DNA of 64,000 bases from Nitrospirota bacterium (GTDB lineage Bacteria; Nitrospirota; JACRHJ01), in contig CAVTDB010000003.1 of assembly GCA_963733375.1 (NCBI GenBank), positions 96,001 to 160,000 of the forward strand. The letters run 5' to 3'. Below the pieces are notes generated by a model. It saw only the letters and a list, made by a program, of their open reading frames with translations, was not told where the DNA came from and made no database searches. Below, in pieces: positions 54,290 to 64,000 of the stretch. Both the position numbers and the translations under genes were made by a program. The first letter of the stretch is position 1. Each line of letters starts with the position of its first letter.

Positions 54290-55873
54290 TTAAACTTGCG
54301 CACCTGCATACCTCAAAATTGCCAGAATTTCTGATTTAACTTTTATTGGTATTTCTGCAGCTTGCGAGATTTCTACATATTTGAAAGTTGTAACATCGAA
54401 TGGTACTTTGTCGTCGGCGTTTACAGGTTCAAAAAGTAAAATAAGGCGATTCTGTTCATGATGCTTTAGGGCGTACCCTATCTCAACATATACATTGGGC
54501 CGGTGACCTGTAAGGTCGCATATGATTATATCCGATGAGGCAATCGCCTCGTACATTTTTTTGTGAATAGGAAAAGTCCCGCCTTCCTCAGTTCCCATAT
54601 CCTCCAAATCGAGTTTTATACGATTCTCTCTCTCAATAGCAGCAAGTGTTTCTTTGAGTTGCTCAAGCCTTCTTTCTGCTCTATTATAAGCTCCATTCGG
54701 CGCATCAACAGGAGGATACCATCGTGCTAGGAAGACTTTCTTCGGTATTTTAAGTTGTGCGGCCTTGAATGTTTCAAGAAGCTGCTGAGCGGGCGATACA
54801 GGGCTGAGGAGGTTCGTTATTCCTTGCGAGCCGAGCCAGTTTCCTATGCGATTAAGATAATCGACCGACCACCTTATTTTAGTTTCATGGTCTCCACCGC
54901 TTGCCTCTCGCCAGACTCGTGCCGCTAGCTCTAAAAAAGAATACGTTTTACAGAGTGATGGATGTTCCGCCGTGAGGCGAGTGAGTATATCGGAAAGTCC
55001 TGCAAATAGATCCTCAGAAAATATCGTCATCTTTTCTCGTGACTCAGTGATACTCTCATCCAGCTTTATTAGATTGCTGGCAGCTTCCGACAAAGCTGTT
55101 AACGGACGTTCTCCAAACCGTTCTCGGGCAGGTTGAGGTAAATGTTGCAGACGCTCAGACAGTAGTCTGGTTAAATGTAATTCGGGGCTATATGCAAACT
55201 CTCTGTCAGGGGTCATGGAGTGAGTCGGGTCTTGACCAAGTAGAAGTCTCAAGCCATGTTCTGATTCAAGCGGTAACGCTTTACTGTTGATAGTATGGAA
55301 GATCAGGGACTCAGCAAAATCATCTGCATCGTTATTAGGCGGCTCAAGTAATACTAAGCAAAACGGCGCAAGGTATTTGTTTGGTAATGACATGTCTTCT
55401 TGTAGGTCTTCAGCCTTTGCAAGTCGGTGATTGCCGTCAATTCTTCTAAATAATTTTTCAGCCTTGACTTGATCCAGTTGGCTGCGCCTAACCCAAACAC
55501 GTAGTATTCTAAGATTCCTGCTTGCGTATCGACGATAGATTCCTATAGGACCTTCATCGACAGTTTTTACACCAACAGTTTCATCTTCAATCGTAATAGG
55601 TTCCACATGGCAGCGCACTGAGAGTATAACTTCTGGAATGAAACGACTATCGCTTTTCTCAAGGTACTTTCTTATATCATCTGCGTGCTTCGGATCTAGC
55701 TCTCTCTGATGTCCGGTGACGCGTTGGGGCTGGCCTCCATCTGTCATTAAGTAAGGAACGGATATAGCTGCCAAGTCTCTTAAATCGGCAAAGCCACGTA
55801 TGATGCGGAATATGCCTAACACACCTTCGGCAAAGTAGCCTTCGAATGATATGTATTGTGTTGCCAACGTCAC
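54290..55873 (-). CDS. DGQHR/DndB-like (ParB fold) domain fused to a nucleoside 2-deoxyribosyltransferase/TIR-like domain
   Basis: GHQRELD..IRKYL..FIPEVIL..RIDGNHRL..IFHTINSKA; KVFLAR..SDIIICDLTGHRPNVYVEIGYA..VPFDV. Confidence 0.75.
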   Translation of the reverse strand: MTLATQYISFEGYFAEGVLGIFRIIRGFADLRDLAAISVPYLMTDGGQPQRVTGHQRELDPKHADDIRKYLEKSDSRFIPEVILSVRCHVEPITIEDETVGVKTVDEGPIGIYRRYASRNLRILRVWVRRSQLDQVKAEKLFRRIDGNHRLAKAEDLQEDMSLPNKYLAPFCLVLLEPPNNDADDFAESLIFHTINSKALPLESEHGLRLLLGQDPTHSMTPDREFAYSPELHLTRLLSERLQHLPQPARERFGERPLTALSEAASNLIKLDESITESREKMTIFSEDLFAGLSDILTRLTAEHPSLCKTYSFLELAARVWREASGGDHETKIRWSVDYLNRIGNWLGSQGITNLLSPVSPAQQLLETFKAAQLKIPKKVFLARWYPPVDAPNGAYNRAERRLEQLKETLAAIERENRIKLDLEDMGTEEGGTFPIHKKMYEAIASSDIIICDLTGHRPNVYVEIGYALKHHEQNRLILLFEPVNADDKVPFDVTTFKYVEISQAAEIPIKVKSEILAILRYAGAQV

Positions 55874-57240
55874 GTCTCCTTAACAGGTAACTTTCCAAGT
55901 ATCATTGTCTCTATTTCCTTCTCGATATTTCGCGCCAACAGTTTAGCTGCGTCTTGCTCACGGGCAATCTCTTTTCTGCCCTCGTCAACGCGGCGCATAA
56001 TCTTTCGTTGCTCTTCGACATCCTTTGGCAGTGGTATGCTCAAACTTCGGATTTCTTCGGTGTTGATGTTCGCCTGTCCGATAATTTGTCTGCTCATAGC
56101 ATCTATCTGTTGACGACCAACGGTGGAGTTTAAAACGAATGCAATAAAATCTGGGTCGGCCTTATTAACGTTGGCACGTAGTCGAATCAAGTAAGATGCA
56201 AATACATAATCCCCTACTTCGTGAAACACCGCACATTTTCCAACAAGCTCTTTGCTGTTTGTTCTATTTATTAAGATATCGCCTTCTCTTAAAAGCAAGT
56301 TCACGGTCTCACGTTCGGATAGTTTAATATGCTTCAAGTCTTTTAGATTCAGGGTTCCGCTTACAATGTTGTTCATGCGTATAACTGGCGTACCCTCCCC
56401 GTTGATGTTCGCCTTATCGCTCGTGCCGTATTGAACCATGTCGAGGATAGAGCCAAGCGACACAACGGGGAATCGTCCCTTGGAGATATCGCAGCCTGTT
56501 TGCACTTGCTGGTTAAAGTCAACACCCCAGCGCGGAAAGTCTTTCCACCATACCGATAGCGACTTGGGCAACTGCGCCTGCATTGGTGGCTTTAACCCAA
56601 GGTCTTTATAGAACCTGGCGTCAATGTCCGCTTTTATTTGCTCAACCCTTTTATTGGCGGCTTCTATTTTCCCCTTTGCTTTGTGCCAGTGGTCAACGAT
56701 GGCTTGCTGGACAGAAGGCGGGGGGTAGGGTACTTGAACGGATAATAGGCGCTCCTCGCTTATTTCGCCTTTGCCTATACCACCGGTTTCAATATTAAAT
56801 TGATTCGTGCAATATTGTGAACGCAAAGCCGCCCATAGGAATTCAGTATTAACTTTTGAGGTATCTGGTATTAGCGAACGAAAATGAATCGTGATACCTA
56901 AGTCTGGGCCATCGGGTACTATCCCTATAGCTCTTTTTCTTGCATTTATTTTTGAGACGACAATATCACCCGGAACTGCACGATATTGAACCATTTTTGT
57001 AGCTGTACGCTTACCGGAGAAAACCTTCCCTTCATCAAACGAAATACGATCTAAGAAATTCACTTTCTCGTGTTTTTCCTGTGGCACAATCTCGAAGCGA
57101 ATATTACATACTTGCCCTAACGGTATGGTCGGCCAATGGCACTTATTACTTAATGAGAGGCGAAGTGAGGCAACATCCCAATAAACAAAATTTTGAAATG
57201 TAACCGCAAAAGCTTTTGTATCTATGCTATCCGTTATCAT
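55870..57240 (-). CDS. hsdS: Restriction-modification specificity (S) subunit, two TRDs
   Basis: VPYPPPSVQQAIV; QYGTS..PVIRMNNI..GDILINRTNS..VGK; QANIN..IPLP..EEQ; TAATG overlap with the upstream gene. Confidence 0.9.
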   Translation of the reverse strand: MITDSIDTKAFAVTFQNFVYWDVASLRLSLSNKCHWPTIPLGQVCNIRFEIVPQEKHEKVNFLDRISFDEGKVFSGKRTATKMVQYRAVPGDIVVSKINARKRAIGIVPDGPDLGITIHFRSLIPDTSKVNTEFLWAALRSQYCTNQFNIETGGIGKGEISEERLLSVQVPYPPPSVQQAIVDHWHKAKGKIEAANKRVEQIKADIDARFYKDLGLKPPMQAQLPKSLSVWWKDFPRWGVDFNQQVQTGCDISKGRFPVVSLGSILDMVQYGTSDKANINGEGTPVIRMNNIVSGTLNLKDLKHIKLSERETVNLLLREGDILINRTNSKELVGKCAVFHEVGDYVFASYLIRLRANVNKADPDFIAFVLNSTVGRQQIDAMSRQIIGQANINTEEIRSLSIPLPKDVEEQRKIMRRVDEGRKEIAREQDAAKLLARNIEKEIETMILGKLPVKET

Positions 57241-59454
57241 TAGTCTGTCCCTAAAATCAAAAAGGACTCCGGGTTAGCAAGGAACTCACCGTAAAGCTCC
57301 AGACACGTTTTCTCAACGCCCGAAGGCATATTGTTGTTAGGATAAAGTTCGTTCTGGTCGGCTTCACCCGTAGCCGTAATGCCGACCTTCTCCGCGTCGT
57401 ACAGGAAAATCATGTACGGGAACCTCTCCTTCAGGAGCGCCCGGGCTTTGGCTATGATAAGGGCTTCCATCCTCTTCTCATATTCCTTAAGCTCCTTCTG
57501 AGACGCTTTGCGAGACTCGGTATCTCTGGCGTCCTTTGCCGCCTCAATCTCTTTATTTAAACGCCCCCGCTCAGCTTCCATTTCCTTACTGTACTTGCCG
57601 CGTATCTCTTCTTCCGCTACGGTTTTCTTGGACTCGAAATCGGCCTTTTCACTTTCGGTGAATTTCTGCATGAATAATAACGACGCCTTCACGCTGGCCC
57701 CGGATGAGAAGAACGTCTCCTGGGGTAGGCTGACGACGGCTCGGATATAGGCGCGATCCTCACAAAATTCTCGGACGTAAGCAAGAGAAGGGTTATTGAA
57801 GACGCCTTCGGGCAGGACTATCCCCATTCGTCCACCAGGCTTAAGGAGCGAAAGGCAACGCTCGATGAAAAGTATTTCCGTCTTTATATTGCTTGTCGTC
57901 GTCTTTGGCAGTTCGAAAAGCGCGGCTATAGGCTTACCCTTGACAGCCTGCACCCTCGCCTGGGCCTCTTCATAAAGCTCTCCGAACTCAGAGAAGTATC
58001 TATTTGCCATTTCATTTGGAACCTGTATGTCTTCTTCTCTTATAATGTCGGAAGGCTCGACACTTGCGCCAAAGGGCGGGTTGGTCAGTATGATGTCAAA
58101 ACGTCCTTCAAATATTCCGTTCACATTCAGGAAGCCGTCGTGATGATGCACGCCGCCATGCCCGTCGCCATGCATTATCATATTCATCTTGCTCGTCCTA
58201 GCCATTCGGTCGTTGGCGTCCGTGCCATATATGGCTTTATTCGCAAGCTTCCAAAGACGGGAACCAGTTAATGACGGGTCAATCGTCTTTTGTATCTCTT
58301 CGTATTTTTGCCGAAGCGCTTCCGCCTTCTTCTCGTCAGAGAGCTTCTTGTTCTCTAATTGGGCTTTGTACTCCTGGTAAGCTTTGTCCGCGTCTGCAAG
58401 GATCTTCTGCCGTACAACCTCAAAGAAGCGGATAAGGAAGCCGCCAGAACCGCTTGCCGGGTCACATATAACATCTCCTTCCTCTGGCTCCACCATATGA
58501 ACCATAAATTCAACTATGGTTCGAGGGGTAAAAAACTGGCCGATTTCGCCACGGAATGTGCGGCCCAGAAATTTCTCAAAGGCGATACCCTTAATGTCTT
58601 CGCTGGTTTCAGAAAGGTTGTAGCGTTCGAGCCTTCTAACTATTTCATGTCCGGTTGCGGGCTTCAGGTTGATGTGTTCATCCGCATCAAAGATTTTATC
58701 GTTCTTGAAGAATGCCTTAGTGTCTTGGAAAAGTCCGTCCAACGGGTTATCGCCGAACTGCTCATTAAGAACCACGGTGGTGAAGAGGTTCTTGCGCTTA
58801 CGCTTTGCGCGCAGTTCCCTTTCAACAAAGACCTTGACGAACAGTATCTTGGCTATTTCATCGAATGCTGCGGCGGGGTCTTTTTTCTCGCGGTTACGGA
58901 TTACGTTATGGCAGTCCTGGAGGAGCTTTGCAAACTCGTCCTCTTTGAAGATTTTCAATTTGGATAGGAGTTCGTCTATCTCCTTGTCGCTGGCGTCGGC
59001 ATGGGGGATGTTGTCGATCTCTTCCAGCGACTTCGGCATCTTGTCATGCAAGACGCGCCAATACTTGGTTTCCCTGTTGTTGTGGGTTACAAGAAAACGC
59101 GCGTTAGAATAGCGGGCATATGCGTCACCCTGCCGGTAATCCTTATCTGTTATGGTTACGTTATCGGATTTGCACTCCACTACAATCAGAGGACTCTCGT
59201 TTTCGGTTTTGTCCTGAGCGGTACGCCAGATGACAAAATCGGCCCGCGCGTGTGCCGATCCCCTACCTGTTACCTCCTCCTCTTCAGCAATTTGGTTCTA
59301 AGGAAAAACCATATTCTTCGATGAGCACGAGAAGGTATTCTTGACGTACACGTTCTTCCGGCGTCTCGACGAGCCATCTTTGCCGCTTATGGCTCCAAAT
59401 CTTGCCGCCCTTAGTTTGTATTTCCAAAAATGTCTTGGCTTGTTTTTTTTCCAT
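57240..59454 (-). CDS. Fused HsdR_N-type PD-(D/E)xK nuclease + N6-adenine methyltransferase (type IIB/IIG-like), frameshift near 59295
   Basis: TPEERVRQ..RADFVIW..IVVECK; GQFFTPR; DPASGSGGFL; LTNPPFG; GIVLPEG. Confidence 0.9.
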
Positions 59455-59553
59455 GGAGGTTCCCTGCCAACTCAATAATAAAGGATAGCAGTACAGACGG
59501 TCTTCCTTGTGAGTCAACCCTGCCTATAACCGCTATCCTGCTGAATACGCCTT

Positions 59554-62500
59554 TCAGTTGCCTGATAGATTTGATTTCCGCAGTTCCAAATATCTCAGGT
59601 CGGAATGTAAGGTTTCACTTTTGATTCCTTGTAGAGAAGTCAAGTCAATCTCGTTTAATTCTTTTAGATATTTCTTTTCTAGATCATTGTCGCCAAGTAT
59701 TCGCCAAAGAAATGAGCTATGTCGAAATATTCTTAATAATTGGACTAATTGATTTTCATGTTTCATTAACTTCCAAATAACATTATGACATCTATTAAAT
59801 AAATCTTGGAGCCACTGATAATATAGATGAGTGTATGCTAATGATAATAAATGTCTATCTTCAGAATTAATTTCATTAGTTCTTATTTCTTCTATTAAAA
59901 TCTCTGCTTTAGTGATGATAGCTATAATGTGATTATAATCGTCTTCACGTGTCTGAAGAATTTGCTCAAGAAATCTAAGCTTCTCTTCCGTATTATCTGA
60001 TTTTCTCATTAAATTCAGGAGGGTGTTATTGCTAAGAACAGTGAATCCTTTCTTGCGAGCCTTCTGCTCCAATTGCAACAATTCCTTTTTTGTATCTGCG
60101 CTGGTTTCTTTGCATTCCAATATTATTTCTTTCGCATGCATATAAGCGGCGGATTCTTTTTCTTTCAGTTCCAAAACTTGTTCCGCAAACGATATTGCAG
60201 AAGTTCGTTCGATATTTTTAAGTGCAAGTGCAATATTCAAATACGCTGAAGCTTTCATTTCCTTGTTTAATAATTTTTCGCTATGCCCAAGGACTGATTG
60301 AAGGACTTGCACCGCTTCTTTTCTTTTATGCGTCATTCGAAGAGATTTCCCGTATATAAGGGCTATATCAGTAAACTCTTTTTTTAAATTCTTACCTTCA
60401 ATTAAATGATATATTTCAGCTGAAGCTTTACAGGCATCTTTGAAGCGATCATGATCAAATAATTGACCGCAATAATAAATGGCTAAACTGGCAGCCTGTT
60501 TAGCCGCTAGCTCATCTTTTTTTTGAAGTGCCGCCCAAATTAGATGATAAGCTACCGCATGTTCATTACCAGGGCCAATTGGCATCGCAAACTTCATTCC
60601 TAATTGAGCCATTTTCGTAAGTTTGATTTTACCTTCTCGCCAGTTTGGACCAAAAAGCAAATCTGTTGCTGTATATGTAATATCTGAATATTCTTCTTCT
60701 GTAATTAATGAGCTTACATAATCACGAACCTGCCTTGGTATACGAAGCAATTTAAATGCCTCAGATAAGGTAGCAGAGCCTTCTCTAATATAAAGGTTTC
60801 TGGGCGGGCGATAGAAGAGGCACTATTTCTAATAGCGAAAGCTCGGATAATTCCATAACGTTCCCTGGAAAAAAAGGTTCGGTAGGATAAAAACGCTTAA
60901 TCGTAGCCAATGTTTCTCCATTTGAGAGAACAGTTAGCAGTTTCAAGAGACGATAGCTCCGACGAGAATATCTGTCATTCGATTGAGCGAGGGAAGATAC
61001 GGCTTGTACCAAGGCCTTCGGGACAGGTTCTGCGTCAATTCGCTGTTCTTGCCCCGTTTCAAGCTCTATATCGAGCAATTCGCTGAAGGATATAATTTTA
61101 AGTGATTTTATTATTCGATCCAGATGCATTGGTAAGCCGCCGGAGAGTCTGGAAAGTTGTTCGACACTCTCAGCGTCTTGAAGTTCCATATTAGCTTCAG
61201 GGTGAACAGCCATATAATTACGGACTTCCGGTAAATCCAGCGGTTTTAATTCTACAAAGTCCAAAATTTGTTTAGTGATTTGTCTTGAAACAAGAATAAT
61301 ATAAATGCCCGGACAATAATCTAGGATTGAACTTATGAGTTGTTCAATAACGTTTCCTTTGCCTTCTTCAAAGGTAGATTCTGATAGTTCTGGAGTTATA
61401 TTGTCTAATATTAGTATTGAACAGGGTATGGCCGTATTTATGGCAACAAATTCTTGTAAAGGCAATCGGAATTGATCATCAAAGGCAGATAATAGTTGCT
61501 CAGCAGTGGTTATATCTTCGCATTGGAGGTTATATATATCTAAATAGGAAGATTGACCTTTCAGCCGTTCGAAAACACATCCTATAAATGTTTCTTTACC
61601 TAGACCCCAATCTGAAATTAGCCAAGCATACCGATTTCTACGAAGTAAGGTCTCAAATTGCGACTGGTCTTCCAAGCGGATTGCTCTATGTTGAGGTCCA
61701 ATATTTACTTTCAGTCGTGGTATTCCTTGAAGCTTTGATTTTGCTTTTTCAACGTCAGGGGATTCTTCACTCAATAAAGTTTTAAAACTTTCATTTAATG
61801 CGATTTCTTTTTCTGAGAGCCTCATTTGTAGGAGCTTCTAAGTGTAAAGATAACGATTCAGTTTTTTGTATTTCAGCTTCTGGGGGTTTTTTCGGTTCAA
61901 ACGTCCATACGATTGAATCTGCTTCGTTGAGGTCAAATTGTTGATCTGGACCAATTCGAAGATGGCCCGCATATGTTTGTACTGATATTCTTGGCCAAAG
62001 CTGCAACCTTCCTTCTGTTTCTGTTTTGTTTATTTCTATCCGGCAAGCGGTATACCCATGTATACGTTTTACCCTTTCTCGATATGTTTTCAGTCCAAAT
62101 AAAGAAGGTCCTTGCAAATATCTTCGAATCTCTGCACCACCTTCACTTATGCTCGCGGTGAAAGGTTCATGCATGTGCCCATATAGATGGGCAAAAAACC
62201 TTCCTGGCGGAGAAATTTCTCCTTTAAGACGAGCTTGTGCATTGGGATGCAGCCACTCCGGGCCATGATGAGATATCAATAAAGTAATATCTTTTTCTTT
62301 GCACCAGCTGACCGGATCACCGGAACAGGCATTGTGAATCTGGTTTTCATGTATATCGAGTTGACCTTTGTAATCATCCTTAGTGAGCTGCAAAAAGGCT
62401 GTATTTATACCAATAATCCCAAAACTTGCCCCGCCTATTTCAAGAACGATGGAAAAGTCTCCGGGGAGTAAACCATATTTTATTTCTTTAGGGTGGGGAA

Positions 62501-62942
62501 GAGATAAAGTTTGCAGCCATATTGTGTAATTATAAAAGCATTCATTTATGGTTGCTCTATATTCATTTTTACTAGAGCCCCAAAATTGTTTTCGTAAATC
62601 GGCGTCCTCATGCCAGTGTCTGAAAGCTTTGACCGCAGCATTCTCAGTTGAAGGGCGCAATAAATCATGGTTTCCTGGTACAGTTATCAGCGGCGGCCAG
62701 CTGCCCAAACTTCGGAAATGGGCCCAAATCTTATCCAAGGTTTCTGATAGTTTTTCGAATTCTTCCTTTTTCCCAGAATATGTTAAGTCGCCAGAAAATA
62801 TTACAGCATTCCACGGACCAGTTTGATCATGTAATTTCGATAGGTTTTTAAAAAATTCTTCGCGGTAGGTTGGCCAAAGCCATTCTTGATTTTCAATTCC
62901 AAAGTGCAGATCGGAGAAATGTAGCCAGTTAAAAGTAGCCAT
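59554..62942 (-). CDS. Metallophosphoesterase + degenerate P-loop NTPase + TPR-like helical domain (STAND/Avs-like), two frameshifts
   Basis: WLHFSDLHFG, SGDL, PGNHD, SHH, GHMH; SDWGLGKETF, ILILDN, SGGLPM; helical C-terminus. Confidence 0.78.
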
Positions 62943-63081
62943 TTGTTTTCCCTGAATAAATATATGAAGTCGGTATTAGTTCTTGGGCAAGAAAGAAGCC
63001 ATTTCCAATGAATTTTATTACGCCATATTATGTTTTTAAAGGCAAGTAAATAATCAGAATTCAACTGAGTTTATTAAGGAT

Positions 63082-63560
63082 TCAGGTATTAACGCTGCAT
63101 AATGCCTCCTGCATATCACAGGACAAGTTCCCCATTAGAGTAGCGATCTTATAAAGGCTTTCCCCTTTCATGGCAAGCTGACTCCCAAAAGTATGTCTAT
63201 AATCCGGACATATCCATTGATGCTTTGCCTTCTCATTTGCATTTGGAAGAGCTTGTGAAATGTCGTCAGCATCCCATTTTACCTTGCGGACTGGTAAAGT
63301 ACCAACCTTCATGAGTGGGGGCTGGCGTATATCTCTCAAGATATTTTCTTAAAGTCGTGCTTATAGGCACTACGCGGTTTGCCTTCGTCTTGGGCTGCCA
63401 AAATTTTCCATTGATATTCTTTGCCCTGATGCGCAACATTCCTGCTTTCAAGTCAACATCCTCAAGGGTAAGCCATACAGCTTCTTCTCGACGTATTCCT
63501 GCAAAAATATACATGGCGACAATCGTCTGAAGCTGTGGTTGGTCATTGAGGGCCTCAAGC
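63082..63560 (-). pseudogene. Tyrosine integrase C-terminal fragment, cut by a MITE end
   Basis: FAGIRREE; DYRHTFGSQLAMKGESLYKIATLMGN; TGTTGATCGG begins at 63561. Confidence 0.85.
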
Positions 63561-63612
63561 TGTTGATCGGCGAGCAATTTTGACCCACCATCGGCATCTG
63601 CTTGACCAGGGG
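63561..63612 (-). mobile_element. Partial IS21-like MITE, copy 7
   Basis: TGTTGATCGGCGAGCAATTTTGACCCACCATCGGCATCTGCTTGACC. Confidence 0.8.
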
Positions 63613-63864
63613 CCGGATGGCCACCGGATTCGCCTCAGGACCACGAATACGGTGGAGCGGCTCAACAAGGAAAAAGCGCCGGACAAGCGTAATCGAGATA
63701 TTCCCGTCCGTGCAGTCAGCCGAGCGGATCATCGGGCATTGCTTATCGACCAGGATGAAAAATGGCAGGTCGAAATAACCTACCTAAACATGGATGAACT
63801 CAAGGAGTGGGAAAGGAAGCAGTCAAGCGAACAGGTCGAGGAGTCGGAATTTGCAGAAGCTTGA
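63613..63864 (+). pseudogene. IS256-family transposase C-terminal fragment
   Basis: HRIRLRTTNTVERLNKE...ALLIDQDEKWQ..YLNM. Confidence 0.75.
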
Positions 63865-63865
63865 C

Positions 63866-64000
63866 TGCCATCGGCATGCAATAATGACACACTTGGGATG
63901 ATAGGCGCCCAAAATTGACCCACCTTCTTGGGCCATAAATTGCTGTTATTAAAATGATAAATTAAATTACGACTGGGTCAAGCGGGATGCCGATGGTGGG
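63866..64000 (+). mobile_element. IS21-like MITE, copy 8 (runs off the window)
   Basis: ATCGGCATGCAATAATGAC..AAAATTGACCCACCTTCT..TGCTGTTATTAAAATGATAAATT..GATGCCGATGGTGGG. Confidence 0.8.

Noticed and set aside
55870-59454. Classical type I RM system missing hsdR
   Set aside because: The methyltransferase carries its own N-terminal nuclease domain, so a two-subunit type IIB/IIG-like system fits better.

Overview
A bacterial accessory mosaic, probably from an anaerobic Nitrospirota- or Deltaproteobacteria-like organism (inferred from gene content only). Many single-base frameshifts look like uncorrected long-read errors. The left ~22 kb is GC-rich and holds a cyclic beta-1,2-glucan synthase (GT84+GH94), a cold-shock gene, small secreted proteins, a hemerythrin/ABC exporter/USP operon, a split CbcL-like nonaheme cytochrome c plus cytochrome b, two radical SAM genes and an old yellow enzyme. 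Two decayed tRNA-Val att remnants bracket a repeat-rich S8 protease. A minus-strand cluster follows, with a two-module peptide carrying an XYG motif, a PlpX-like (splicease-type) rSAM/SPASM enzyme, a CYxxTCY protein, a second rSAM/SPASM enzyme and a phospholipase D, with twin leader hairpins upstream. The AT-rich right half is a defence island: SLATT, TIR-HEAT, a DUF4062-NACHT protein with ~22 Trp-rich 35-aa repeats, a nuclease-methyltransferase plus S subunit coupled to a DGQHR/NDT-like fusion, and a phosphoesterase-NTPase-TPR protein. About a dozen whole or partial copies of a ~160-bp IS21-like MITE punctuate the window and sit at module boundaries. All calls come from motif reading by eye; no searches were run.
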